Shown here: positions 48,641 to 62,930 of the stretch, one piece after another
Layout: every line of letters starts with the position of its first letter
Numbering within the stretch: the stretch's first letter is position 1
Assembly: GCA_951406725.2 (NCBI GenBank)
Contig: OX597817.1
Span: 55,490,001 to 55,554,000 of the forward strand
Origin: Octopus vulgaris
Taxonomy: Eukaryota
Direction of reading: 5' to 3'
DNA: 64,000 bases
Position numbers and translations under genes: made by a program
The notes under the pieces: generated by a model
What the model was told of the DNA's origin: nothing
Databases searched by the model: none
What the model saw: the letters and a program-made list of their open reading frames with translations, nothing else

Positions 48641-48920
48641 GCTTCTTTTCCATCATCATCATCCTCTTGTTCGCGTTCATGCAAATACGTTCAATGTATA
48701 TGTGCGTGTGTGTGAGTATTCTTCATGTATATAGACCCATACAAACATACACATACGCACACACATATACGTATCTCTATGTGTGCGTGTGTGTGTGTAT
48801 ACATGCATGCATGTATCTATGTGTGCATGTATGTATGTATGTATGTATGTATGTATGTATGCATGTTTTCATGTATGTATGTATGTGAGTGTGTGTCTAT
48901 ACGTGGTATTGCACATACGC

Positions 48921-48954
<34 letters not shown>

Positions 48955-49355
48955 TAAGACTTGTATCTATTTTGCTGATTGTCGTTATTCTATTTATATT
49001 TGTATATTTTTTGTAAATTTTTCTTAAGTTCTTCATCATTCTCTTCTATTTTTCATTCATCCATTCATTACATCATCGTCATCTTTATCGCCATCTTCTT
49101 CCCCATCCTCCTCCCGCCCCATCTCAGGCTTCCCCTTGTCACCATCGTCCTATCGTTGATTTCCTTCTCAGAATTGTTGTTTCTTTTTTTTATTATTATT
49201 TTAGTTATACTTTTCTTTTAATTTTATTGACTTTTTTGTTTTTCTCTCTCAATTTATATATCCAACTATTTACATTTAAATCAATTATATTGTGCTGAAG
49301 AAACTAAAAAAGAAAAATAATAAACATTAGACACAAAAAATAGACATTCAGAATC

Positions 49356-49427
<72 letters not shown>

Positions 49428-49483
49428 TGTATGTATGTATTGATATATATATGTGTGTGTGAGTGCGTGTGTATGTGTTTGTG

Positions 49484-49530
<47 letters not shown>

Positions 49531-49712
49531 TTGCATATGTATAAAATGTACGTATGTATATGTGTATATATAACGTAAAAAAATTACATTTAACTAAATC
49601 TGAAAACAATATATAAAAGATATACGCAAAATATAAACAAAAATACCTTTCAAATAAACAAGCAAACAAACAAATAATAATAACAACAACAACAACAACT
49701 ACAATAACAACG

Positions 49713-49839
<127 letters not shown>

Positions 49840-50210
49840 GAGTAATAATGATAATAATAAAAGTAAAATTTTCAAGAATTTCCAAGGCTAGGTTTACCGT
49901 TTTTGACATCTTGAAAACAATTAAGCACTTAAGATATTTGCCGGTTTTCTTCTTAGACTAACGCATTCGAATGGATTGTTGACACTCTATAAACACACCC
50001 TCGCATATAAATACTCAGCCAACGATGATGATTCGCCATAGTTAATGCAGCTATCGTTGTTGGTGTTGTTGTGGTTAATGTTGCAGTTGTTGTTGTTGAT
50101 GCCTTTCTTTTTCTTTGCCGTACATGTAGCTAACGTAGTTGTTACTGATAATTTTATTATTATCTTGTTGGCGATTTTGATGTTGTTGTTATTATTGTTA
50201 AAACATCGAA

Positions 50211-50805
50211 GGCGTTGACTTGGCAGAAGCGTTAGCACGCCAGGCGACAATCTTAGCGGTGTTTCCTCTGCCGTAAGGTTCTGAGTTCAAATTCCGCCGA
50301 GGTCGACTCTGCCTTTCATCCTTTCGGGGTCGATTAACTAAGTACCAGTTACGCACTGGGGTCGATATAATCGACTTAATCCGTTTGTCTGTCCTTGTTT
50401 GTCCTCTCTGTATTTAGCCCCTTGTGGGTAGTAAATAAATAGGTATTTCGACCGTTCTGAATTCAAATTACGGCGAGGTCGACTTTGCCTCTTATCCTTT
50501 TGGGTTCAATAAATTAAGTACCAGTTGAGTCCAGGGGTCAATCTAATCGACTGGTCCCCTGTGTGCGTATATGTATGTAAGTGTGTGCATGTACAAGGCG
50601 CGTATGTGAATGTATGTGAACATTGACAAGTGTATTAATATCAGGCGGCGAGCTGGCAGAATCGTTAGCACGCCGGGCGAAATGCTTCGCGGTATTTCGT
50701 CTTAAGTACCAGTTACGCACTCGGGTCAATGAAATCGACTTAACCCCTTTGTCTGTCCTTCTATGTCCCATCTCTGTTTAGCCCCTTGTGGGCAATAAAA
50801 AAATA
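50211..50805 (+). mobile_element. SINE family A dimer plus an internally deleted copy
   Basis: 50211-50560 head+body+partial body; 50643-50805 head fused directly to TAAGTACCAG (core deleted). Confidence 0.8.
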
Positions 50806-51154
50806 AGTGTATTAATTTGATTTGCCATCTATATTTATATGTAGAATCCTACAATTAGCCGTCATTTTTGACGGCCCGGGGCCAGCAAGTGTTAATAATA
50901 ATGAAGATGACGTTAGGTTATTCCCAGAGGATGTATGCGTTTGTTACATTGTGAAATATATTATTCAATTAATTATAAACAGGCAATTATATAAATGTGT
51001 GTGTGCGTGTGTGTATGTGATGCTATCGACCAGACTGTCGGATGTTGTTATAATCTACTGGTTACAATGCGCTTCGAATGGTTTTAGCTTTTGAATGACG
51101 CCATCATGATAGGAAGGATATTCCGTCGCAGGGTAACCGATTTACGGCTTGATG

Positions 51155-51278
51155 GACTAGACCAACGTGAAATGAAGTGTTTCGTTCAAGAACACAACGC
51201 GCAGCCCGTCTGGGTATCGAAACCACCATCACACGACCGTGAGCGCCTTAGCCCTACCTACTGAACCAGGTGTTTCAC
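51155..51278 (-). mobile_element. SINE family C head fragment
   Basis: CAACGTGAAATGAAGTG..TCAAGAACACAAC..ATCGAAACC resembles 30565-30690. Confidence 0.6.
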
Positions 51279-51375
51279 TAACACACACACATGCATACAC
51301 ACACATGCTCACATATATGTATATGCATAGAGAGAGAGAAGGAGAGAGAGAGGGGTGGAAGGAGTGAAGAATAGT

Positions 51376-51420
<45 letters not shown>

Positions 51421-53597
51421 TACGGGTGTAATACGGGTATAATACTCTCTCTTTACGTGGGTTTATGTATTTACAAGTTGTTAATGTAGCAAATCTGAAC
51501 TCGAAACAGGAAACGCAACATTATTTGATAACTCTATCACAGTATAGAGGATTGCACAAAAATCCTAAAGATTAATTACGAAAGCTTTATTAATTGCAAA
51601 ATATAATTAAAATTCCAACGCCGTACACATCGTTGTGTTCCTTGTTAGTTTGTATTTCGCTCTTGACAGATGGCATGTGAATGTAATCATGAGCTAACAA
51701 CTCATCGATTTGAAATCCAGGAATGAGAGTGATTATAGTTGTATGTATAACTATGAAGTATCTAGGGTTACGCACTTGAGTTACAAATTATTTTTTAAGT
51801 AGTGCGAAGGTCAATGAGATAACACTTGACAAGCGATTGAAAATCCGGTGTGGTCGCTAGATATATCTCACAATATTCTGTGACAGTATTTCGTAGATTT
51901 AGCTCCAGGTGATATAAGCGTCTTAGACATCTGTCGCTCACTTTCTTTATTTTGGCACTCAGGTCACTTAACACAGAGGGGACACTATAAGGACAGACAC
52001 AACACCACAGTGGGGACAATAAACATAACGCGAATGAGTATGAAAGTTATATAAGAATGAAAGATGAAATGGCTGCATGGGTCCCACTCCTCATGCAATA
52101 CCATTTAAACGTTTGTACACACAGTTTTGTCACTCTATCTGTTATTTTTTTCTTTCCTTAATTTTCGTTTTTTTCTTCAAAACTTTTTCCTTTCTTTCTC
52201 CCGAGACATATGTCACTCAGCGGAGGATTTGTGCCACTCTAGATCAACATGGTCAACAATATCATGTTGAATATTATTTGAGAAATGGCCGCCGATGAGC
52301 CAAGATATGGCGTTTGACCAAAACCAATCGTTTCATAAATGATTCGGATAAAGAAAAAGCAAGCAAAACAATTTGTCGTAGTTATAAATATCATTTTAAG
52401 TTCTCATTATAAAATCACCAGATTGATTTTGTGTCTCAATCGTCTGACAATCAATACAAGATGAAACAAATAGTAGCACTGATAGAATATTGTATACCTC
52501 TGTTCGGTTATTTTGGATGTGGGCCCAAAACTTGTAATCTTTATAATAATGGCTTTTAATAATATTGAAATCATTGTAATAACCATCTTTGTTCAAGATT
52601 TATAACTTGCGTAAAGTTTTCTCCCCTTGTCGCAAGGCTAAATATTTATTAAAAAAAACCCTGAAAATATTGAATTTCGTTAACTCTTATATATTTATGC
52701 ATTAAATGATATTGACTATAAATAGAAGAAATGACAAGGTCGGGATTTGAAACCGGAAAGTGTGAGCAGAAAGATCCACACGTTATATTATATCTACTTT
52801 TGTTTGGATTATGGCTTAAATAAAAAGACTGTCTCATCTTTACAGTTGAAGAAGTAGAGTCGTTAATAGCAGTCCAGAAGAGATAATTGATGTCGTGTAT
52901 CAGTTAAAATATGTTCGTCAGTTACTGAAGAAAAGAAAGGAAGATGGTGTTCAGCTGAGATTTAAATTCTCAATATAAGATGTTATAAATATATACTAGA
53001 TAGTGTTTTAAATGTTTTAGAAGTTCGTGTAGATTTAAACAGATGTAGATATCCCCTTGGCCCTCCAACATTTGATCTGTTTGAATATTAAGAATGTGAC
53101 AGCTGAAGAGAGGGCTGGACAAGCATTCGGCTGGAATTCATTTCAGCGGTATCGGCTGAAGCAACATGAAATAAAGTATCTTGGTCAAGGACAGAATGCA
53201 CCATCCATTACATTCAAAGAATATAACTCATGCCATTATGTCTGTGAGTTCAATCCCTCAACCACCACGCATATTCTGCTTCTCGTTAATCCACAATTTT
53301 CAGTTTAAGCTACTATTGATCTCTAATACAGACATGGGAGCCATTGTGATTCGAAGGAGAGTCAAGGATATTGTTGTGGTCGATAAATCGTATATTTGAC
53401 TGTAATACTTTACAAGTATGTTTCATTTTATCATCTCCGGAAAGAGGAATGATAAGTCGACCTCGCCTAAATTATATGTGTTATCTGCTCTCCACACCTG
53501 CAAAAATCCGTCAGAAGATATATAAACTTAAAACATTATATCTATACATATTGAAAGTAAAACAATATCAGGAAAATATATATAATAACACTAATCT

Positions 53598-54190
53598 TAT
53601 TTCTTTACTACCCACAAGGGGCTAAACACAGAGAGGACAAACAAGGACAGACAAACGGATTAAGTCGATTACATCGACCCCAGTGCGTAACTGGTACTTA
53701 TTTAATTGACCCCGAAAAAATGAAAGGCAAAGTGGACCTCGGCGGAATTTGAACTCAGAACGTAACGGCGGACGAAATACCTATTTCTTTACTACCCACA
53801 AGGAGCTAAACACAGAGAGGACAAACAAGGACAGACAAACGGATTAAGTCGATTACATCGGCCCCAGTGCGTAACTGGTATTTATTTAATCGACCCCGAA
53901 AGGATGAAAGGCAAAGTCGACCACGGCGGAATTTGAATTCAGAACATAACGACAGACGAAATACCTATTTCTTCACTACCCACAAGAGGCTAAACATAGA
54001 GGAGACAAACAAGGACAGACAAACGGATTAATTCGATTATATCGACTCCAGTGCGTAACTGGTACTTATTTTATCGACCAGGAAAAAATGAAAGGCAAAG
54101 TCGACCTCGGCGGGATTTGAAGTCAGAACGTAACGGCAGCCGAAATACTGTTAAGCACTTCGTTCAGCGTGCTAACTTTTCTGCCAATCT
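53598..54190 (-). mobile_element. SINE family A trimer: one head plus three bodies, period 184 bp
   Basis: Units start at 53598, 53782 and 53966. Confidence 0.92.
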
Positions 54191-55250
54191 AACTTGTTGT
54201 AGCTTTAGCTTTTGTCCTTGCAATGTTCCACTCTGTTATGCTCCTGTGACTATCAAAAGAAAATATTATTATTGTTTTACTGTATATTTTATTTTAATTA
54301 TTATTAGCGTTGCTGGTGTTGAGATGCGGAGAATCACTGATTCTGCTGACCATCTTTTGGCTCCTTTCCTATTTCTGCTCTTCACGTTTTTTTCCCGCCA
54401 ATAAAATGCCCTGTAATTGTTTGAAATCTCAAACTGCATATTCACTTATTTCTCATATTCTCATAATCTTTACTGGACCCCACCCCGCCACCATAAGATT
54501 CTTTAATTCTTTAATAATTTTAAAAAATCTAATAATCCTTCTTCACAGATATTAATGTCTGCCATTTTCTCCTTTTTCTTGTTCCAGTTATTTGTCGTTC
54601 AACAGAGACAGAAACGGAAGATCAGCCACATTAATTACATCAATTTTGGTGGAACTACAAATACTAGAGACATACTTCTTCGCTTTCCGATTAATTAACA
54701 AAGACAAAATAGACGATACATATGATATACTCGAATCATCACAAGAAAAGTAACACATAAGTGTTTAGATTACAATTAATCAGAAAATATACGCAAACGT
54801 TGTATAATACTCAGGAGACAACAAGCTGTATTTACAATTATTGTCTTTTATTTACACACTTGTATGAATATGAAAGATAAAAGAAAAGTGAACACGACGC
54901 AACAAATTCAGAGATTTCTGATATATAGCAAGCTTAATTTTCACGAATCGTTAATGTGTGTTGGTAGTTGCAGATCTCCGAGTGATTATGGTCGGAAGAT
55001 CGTCAACCAGAAACTCAAAGTAATAATTTAGTTATTCATTTACATTTGTGTGTGTGTGTGTTTGCGGCGTACATGTGTGTACGAAGAGTGGTAAGAATTT
55101 GGCTTCCCAACAAAATGGATCGGGGTTCAGTCCCACAGCATGGATAATGACTTCTTCTATAGCCTGGGTAGACCAGAATTTATAGAGGGAAACTGAAAGA
55201 AGCCCGTCGCATGTGCATACATACATACATACATACATATATATATATAA

Positions 55251-55295
<45 letters not shown>

Positions 55296-55507
55296 ATATA
55301 TATATATATAAATGATATAAATATATATATATATACACATATATATACATACACACACACATATATATATATATTTATATATATATATACACACATGTGT
55401 GTTTACATATTAGTAAGTATGTGTGTGTGTCTTTGTGTCTGTTTGTCTCCCACCATCATTTGACAACCGGTGTTGGTTTGTTTGCATCCCCATCAAACAG
55501 ACATATA

Positions 55508-56798
55508 CGAGGGGCGTTCAATAAGTAATGCCCCTGACCCACTTCCCATAGCAGTAGAGCAACGAAACTTGGCACAGTTATTAGTCTTTTTCTACACAGG
55601 AACCACCCAGAGTTACGCATTTCGCCCATCGTTTGATGCGGCTCTGGAGACCGTTTTTGTAGAAGAACCCAGCTTGGTCCTCCAACCTGAACGTGACTTC
55701 AGAAATCAAGGCTGCATCATCTGGGAAACGCTTTCCTTTCAAAAACAACTTCATGATTGGGAAGAGGTGAAAATCAGAGGGTGCAAGGTCAGGAAAGTAT
55801 TGGGGATAGGGAGGAGTTCATAGCCATACGCCTGTGCTTCTGATCTGGCGACAAGCGAGTTGTGGACCGGAGCGTTGTCTTGCAGGAGGAGGATGCCTTT
55901 GCTGATCTTGCCCCGCCTCTTGATTTTGATAACTTCTCTTAATTTCCTCAAAAGTGAAGCATAATAGGCTCCTGCAATTGTGGTACCCTTTGCCAGGAAA
56001 TCTGTCATCACTACTCCGTCCTGGTCCCAGAAGACTGTGAGCATGACCTTGCCAGTGGAGGGCTGCACCCTTGCCTTCTTTGGAGGGGGTGAGTCACGGT
56101 GCTTCCACTGCATTGACTGGGCTTTGGTCTCTGGATCATCGTGATGGACCCAGGTTTCATCCTGTGTAATCAGTCTTTTGAAAAATGTTGACTCATCTTC
56201 TTGGCACATCTCCAAATTCACCCTCGAGCACTCGACGCGTTCTTGCTTCTGGAAAGGCGTGAGCAGCCTGGGAATCCATCTGGCAGACACCTTTTGCATA
56301 TGTAAATGGTCATGAATGATAGTTTCCACAGTCCCGGTACTAATCTTGACCTGATGGGCTATTTGGCGAATAATTATGCGTCGATCTTCCAAAATGGCAG
56401 CCTCAACTTGACGGACAGATGCCTCATCAATGGCAGAAGGGGGCGACCAAATCTGGGAGCTGTTTCCACAGAGTTCCGACCATGTTTGAATTCACGATGG
56501 CAGCGTTTTACAAGGTCATATGATGGGGCATCATCACCATAAGTTACTTTCATTTCATCAAAAGTATCCCGTGGTGTGCGTCCTTTCAAATACAAAAACC
56601 GGATCACTGCTCGACACTCAGCAGGCTCCATTTCACACGTGACTCGGTTCAAACACCTGTAAATCAGAAAGCACAATTAATTCAGAGCTGTAATTTGCCA
56701 CTTACTCTATAGAGATATAAATTATTGCACATGCAAAATTCCAGCTAGATCAAACAACGGCAAGTGGGTCAGAGACATTACTTATTGAACGTCCCTCG
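55508..56798 (-). mobile_element. Second full-length irritans-like mariner, 1291 bp, TA-flanked
   Basis: Same TIRs and near-identical internal sequence to 8352-9641. Confidence 0.95.
55581..56631 (-). pseudogene. Mariner transposase pseudogene with two frameshifts
   Basis: ORF pieces 56374-56676 and 55751-56392; WIPRLL, TQDETW, LQDNAP; stop at 55581-83. Confidence 0.93.
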
Positions 56799-56949
56799 TA
56801 TAACAAGTACCAGGCTTTAAAAAATAAGCACTGGGGGCGGGGTCGATCCGTTCGTCTAAAATTCTTTAAAGCGTTGCCCCATCATGGCCGCAGTCTAATG
56901 ACAGTAACGTGCAAAAATAAATGTATGTGTGTGAATTTTCATATTCATT

Positions 56950-57428
56950 GTTATGTCTTGGTATAAAAGAAGGGCTACAGCAAATATTCTTCTCAACACC
57001 ACAGATTTGCTTGTCAGTTGTTTGACCTTAACCAGTAGACCATGTCCCTTAGTGACTGACGATATGTGCATCTCTGACCACGAGCAGAAGGAGTGGGGGA
57101 GCATCATAGCCATGTGTCGAGAGGGATTATTTGGGGTTTGTATATTCACCTCTGGAAACATGGATGTTTCGTTCAACATCCTTAAACAACCCTTATTCGG
57201 GGACCTTTTGAGCGGGATGGGTTACTCGACCAGAAGAAAATTCTGACTGGACCCCACCTGCAAGGTCATGCGCTGTTTATCTTGATATGAGATTACCATA
57301 TCACGCACATGTGGTTGTGATGCATATACATGGTGTACACTTATCAGACGGGTAGTCATGGTTGGTATACTGGTCTTCGTATATTTTACCCCAGTGTCAC
57401 TTTGAAGGGATGCACTGCTCTCTCACTC
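56950..57428 (+). mobile_element. Longer copy of the (TAA)n-tailed non-coding repeat
   Basis: 3' ~220 bp match 4608-4826; ends CTCTCTCACTC(AAT)n; 5' boundary uncertain. Confidence 0.7.
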
Positions 57429-57486
<58 letters not shown>

Positions 57487-57529
57487 TTAATAATAATAAT
57501 AATGATGATGATGATAATAATATCATATT

Positions 57530-57745
57530 GGTTTCAAATTTTGTCACAAGGTTCGCAATTTGGGAGGAGGAGATAAATCGATTACATCGATCCCAATGTT
57601 CAACTGGTACTTATTTTAACGACCCTAAAAGGATTGAAATGCAAAATCGACCTCGGCAGCATTTGAACTTAGAACGTGGAGACGGAAGAAATGCTGCTAA
57701 GAATTTTTCCCCGGCGTGCTAACGATTCTGCCAGCTCACAGCCTT
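57530..57745 (-). mobile_element. SINE family A copy between (TAA)n tracts
   Basis: Family A head, core and tail on the minus strand. Confidence 0.8.
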
Positions 57746-57786
57746 AATAACAATAATAACAACGGCAACAAGAACAAAAATAATAA

Positions 57787-57865
<79 letters not shown>

Positions 57866-58476
57866 TAATAATAATAATAATCATGATAATAATAATAATT
57901 ATAATAATAATAATAATAATGATAATAATAATAATAATGATGATGATGGTAATAATAATAATAATAATAATAATGGTAATAATATAATATTAGAATGAAT
58001 ATATAGCTAGGTAAACAAATATATAGATGATCTATTTAATTACTTGTGTAATTAAGCAATTAATTTTCTTTTTCCTTCTCTTCCTCATTACTTTTTACTT
58101 TCTAGATGCTTCCATTATTTAGTATATTTGAAGAGATTTATATAATTGAATCATGCACTTTTAGTTAAACAAAGGAAACTGCATACACATACTACCACAC
58201 ATATATACTAACACATCCGCAAAAACATACACACATACACACACACATACAGATACACACGTAACATCACTTATACAGTTATGTAGGCTTTCCACAATTT
58301 TAAAACATACGGACATATCTAACACACGGCACGTAAAACAGAAGAGACACAAAACCACATCAACGAGAAGGACTCACAGAATTACAGGTACACATACATT
58401 GAAATAAACACAAATCCACAAAGCTGAGCGTATACACATATACCCACACTCACAAAGAGAGACTCTCCCGTGTATA

Positions 58477-58508
<32 letters not shown>

Positions 58509-58711
58509 GCATGTGTGTGTGTATGTGCGTGTGCGTGTATGCTTATTTATAAATATATATATGTATATATACATATATACATACATAGATACATACATAC
58601 ATATATATATCTAAATATATATATAAATGCATACATTCTTGCACACATATATACAGATACACACAAAACACACATAGACGCCTGCACACACACACACAAA
58701 CGCACGTATGC

Positions 58712-58760
<49 letters not shown>

Positions 58761-58776
58761 CATATATATATATATA

Positions 58777-58823
<47 letters not shown>

Positions 58824-59545
58824 CGCGAACACCCACACACAAACGAAATTCATTCCCTCCCACACCGCGACACATTCCGCCCCCATACTTACACATTGCC
58901 ATCACGCACACATACTCTCACACGCCAGACACCTACAACAAGCAAACCATTCAATAGATCAAAAAAGCAATTCCCCACACGTATCCTAGCGTTAAAAATC
59001 GATCATGAGTCCAAAAAGATTTATAGCTGGCCGTCATTACTTAGATGAACACGTTTCCAAAGCTTGATGTAAATTGCTTCACTCTAAACTTAATTGCATA
59101 ACGGCCATCGAATCTTCTATGGAAGTTTCGGCGGAACAAAGGAAACAGCCAGTCTAAAAAATCTTCCTTTGATAGGCTTTGATACGACTTTGTAAGGAAA
59201 TTGTTCGAAATATATAAAATAAAATATAAAAATAAAAGGAAAAATGAAAAAAAAAACCTGTCTGAGTTTGTTTCCCCCCTCTGTAGCAACTCGTCGCATT
59301 CGCAGAGGACAGAAAGTTTAAAAAATAGACATACATGTATAGGGAGGGAAATTGGGAGAGAGAGAGAGAGAGAGAGAAAGAAAGTAAGGGAAAGGGAGAG
59401 AGGGAGAGGGAGAGAGAGAAAGGGTGAGAGAGAAACATTTTCCAGTCTGGCAATTTAAAGGTAATGATAGCGAAACTACAGTGGGGCCGCTTGTTGGTGT
59501 CAAATTGTGTGTAGTTACGCGTATTCGTCGATAGAGGCTTGTGTC

Positions 59546-59676
<131 letters not shown>

Positions 59677-60544
59677 TTATACGTATATGTATATATTATA
59701 TATATATATGAATATACATATATACACATTTCTGTATATATATGCATGTATATATATATATATATTTACATATAATTGTATATATATGTATGTATATGTA
59801 TATATATATATATATGTACATATATATAATATATATCTATACATAGTATACGTATACACCCACCTGTATGTGTAGATTTATGTGTATTTGTGTGTATGTG
59901 TGTTTATGCATAAATATGCATATTCACACACGCATGACCACATACACACACACACATATATATATATATACACCTATATAAATAAATGTCGAGGTGGAAT
60001 GCGATTTGCTGGAATAACAGAGTCGAGAGAGAGCGTCGCACAAAACAAAATGCCTTGCTATATTTGTTCCGGCTCGTTACATTCAGAGTTTGTCTGAGTC
60101 AACATTGGTGCCAAGTTATACCGACCATTAACTTTCCCGTGGACAAAATCAATGGTGACGCAATGAGCGACTTACTGCACGGCCAATTACACTTAGTCTG
60201 CCATTAAATATGAAAGTTTGACCATACCTGAGCATTGGAGATGACCTTCCGTTGCTTAGCAAAGGACTACCTTGACCGAGGCAGACACCAGCATTCTTTG
60301 CATGCATGTATGTATGTATGTATGTATGTATGTATGTATGTATGTATGTATGTATGTATGTATGTATGTATGTATGTCATTGGTCAGTTCTATTTCAAGA
60401 TTTCTTGCCAATAGAGAAAGAACCGGTTTCTAACCTGGATCCAAGGCTCCTTCATTGGAATTTCAGCATCAACAACAGAGTATTTGTGTTTGTATGTATG
60501 TATGTATGTATGTATGTATGTATGTATGTATGTATGTATGTATG

Positions 60545-61080
60545 CATGTATGTATATGAGCAGATTCCTATGTTTTGTTTTATGTATGTATTCTCATGCA
60601 TGTAGTTGCATATCCAGACATGCTCATATATATTTAAATAATAAACTTCTGGAAGGTTTTTGAGATTTTTACAGTTCCAGTGCTGGATTGGATCTACAAT
60701 CTTCGAATTAGCTTTCTCTTTTCTGGTTTTGAGAATCCTAATTTCTAAAGAATTGTCTTTTTGGCAATGTGCTACATCTCCCAGTGCCCCCATAAATGCA
60801 GGATGTACGTACGTACGTACAGACGTATGTATGTATGTATGTATGTATGTATGTATGTATGTATGTATGTATGTATGTATGTATGTATGTATGTATGTGC
60901 AGATTTGTATGTTTTATGTATGCATTCTCATGCATAAACTTGCATATCTAGAAATGCTAATTTATATTTAAACGATAAACTTCTGGAACGTTTTAGAGAT
61001 TTTTACAGTTCTAGTTATGGCTTGGATCTGTAGTCTTCGAATCAGCTTTCTCTTTTCTGGTTTTGAGAAACCTAATTTCT
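60545..61080. repeat. Diverged tandem duplication of a ~185-bp unit, each copy preceded by (ATGT)n
   Basis: GCAGATT..ATAAACTTCTGGAA..GCTTTCTCTTTTCTGGTTTTGAGAA.CCTAATTTCT at ~60560-60746 and ~60899-61080. Confidence 0.85.
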
Positions 61081-62261
61081 CAATATTAGTATTTAGGCAG
61101 TGTATTCTGTAGAGGGCTCATGGCTCTTCGGTTCAGGAGTTCCAACATTTCCAGAAATGTGGATCCGTCTCTTAATTCCTTTTCTTCCAAGGTCTACTCT
61201 GACCCAAAGTAGGAGCACCTGTCACGGTCCTAGCTATACTCTAACTAGCATATGTGATGGCATACCATCTGAGCGCGCAGGAGCAGAAATACTCTTGGTT
61301 CATGTCAGGATGCGCAGTCAAACGGCAGTTGTGAGGACCGTTCATCATTTATTTGTATTTGTTTCGGTTAATGGCCCGTGGTCATGCGGGATCACTGCCG
61401 TGAAGGATTTTTTTCGTCCATCAGATCGTCCAAGTACAATGTTTTTAAAATCTAGCGCATATTCTATTGGATACCTGTGTAATTTGCATGTTAACGACGG
61501 GTGCAAGATAAATTCGTGATTTATTGGTTTATATAGAATATTACCATTTATTGATGTCGTATCCGCTTTCAGAGAAGGTAGGACAATAGAACAAGAAGCA
61601 AGAAGAATTCTTTAAAATTAACACGCTCTTAAAAGAAAGACAATGTGGACGTCTGGAGACATGAGGGACTGTTGAAACTTACCTCTCACAGATCTAAAAC
61701 TTAACCACATACAAAATGATTAGAACACTTTTAAATTGCAGAATTAAAAAGAAATGAACATAAAGAAATAAAGAACTGTGCCTAGTCACATGGGTTGTAA
61801 CAAAAAATTCATATAAGGTTTATATTACTTACCATACAAGATAAGTTCTGTATATATTGAAATTATTTCTTCTAGAGGTAGAAACACGTCCATAAATTGT
61901 TTTCATGTCTCAAAATAACAAAGTGTCTTTTTCTTAACGGTGTGTAAAATTTGGGGTGTTTTTGATTAATTAGATTATCTACAGCTTTAGCTAATTAAAT
62001 GGTGCCCTGATAATTGATTTTTCTTATGCTTTTCTTTTTAATAATTTGAATATTTAAAATCTTATGCGATATCTCTCCATCACACGGTCTTTGCCTCCAT
62101 TAAGCATTGTCCTTATGCTCCAGCACCTTACACAATTTGTGGTTTCTGACGTTGCCAGTGACATCATCGGCCGCTGGGCTTCCTCTTAGGCTTTATACAT
62201 TGGCGCCATTCTGCTTCCGGTTGCCATCCCTTCCACGATCATGGCTTCGCTAGATTTTTTA

Positions 62262-62400
62262 TCTGTTGCGAAGGACCATTGACAAGGAATGGACAAAAGA
62301 ATGGTGTCGAAACTGGGACAAGATCAGAACAGTGGAAGGAAACAGAACAGGTTGGAGAGATCGTTTATGGCCATATGAGCATCGTGGCACTGAGAGAACT
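62262..62400 (+). mobile_element. RTE-like LINE extreme 3' end, decayed
   Basis: RRTIDKEW...WDKIRTV.GNRTGWRD followed by GGCCATATGAGCATCGTGGCAC, resembling RTE C-terminal WRR..W...DR..WR. Confidence 0.45.
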
Positions 62401-62730
62401 AAATAACTATGTGATAACTAATGTAGCAGGTATACAGATTGAGGTTGAATGAAATTTCTGGTCGATTTAACCTGAACATTTGTAAAAATGTTACAAATTC
62501 CTTAGCTGTTACACATCACACAAATTTGTTACACATGAATAATACAGGAATTGATTACTCAGTGACAGACATCATAACATCCGTTGGTCACTATGAAACA
62601 TTGCAGGCAGGTTTTGCGAGAAAGTGTCCGAATAACTTTTAAATATTTAAAGTTTACCTAGATTGCAATTTCAACATATCGGTGTGAAATGACACTACAG
62701 TGTTTCGAATCACAGTGAACCAAAATATTA

Positions 62731-62930
62731 GTTTCAAATTTTGATAGGTGGGCCATATCAAGGGCAGAGTAAATCGATTTCCTCGACCTTAGTGTTCTAC
62801 TGGTGCTTTTATTTTATCAACCCTGAAAGGACGACGGGCAATGTCGGCCTTGACGGAATTTCGAACTCAGAACGTAATGATGGAAGAAATGCCGCTAGAA
62901 ATTTTGCTCGGCATAGAAACGATTTTGCTA
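62731..62930 (-). mobile_element. Diverged SINE family A copy
   Basis: ..CCCTGAAAGGACGACGGGCAATGTCGGCC..GAACTCAGAACG..GAAATGCCGCTAG. Confidence 0.65.

Larger units (their letters stand above)
55080..56920 (+). mobile_element. SINE family B with internal (TA)n, split by the mariner insertion
   Basis: Head 55080-55210; 3' domain 55425-55505 resumes at 56801-56920 (compare 44820-45040). Confidence 0.7.

Noticed and set aside
53598-54190. Regularly spaced repeats that might suggest CRISPR
   Set aside because: Whole 184-bp units repeat with no unique spacers; eukaryotic SINE context
54750-54820. Minus-strand CTGAGTA..TTGTAATCTAAAC hammerhead-like ghost
   Set aside because: Both core boxes are mutated and helix I is unsupported
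57051-57173. CTGACGA ... GAAACATGGATGTT spaced like a hammerhead
   Set aside because: Helix II cannot close beyond 2 bp, and helix I relies on wobble pairs
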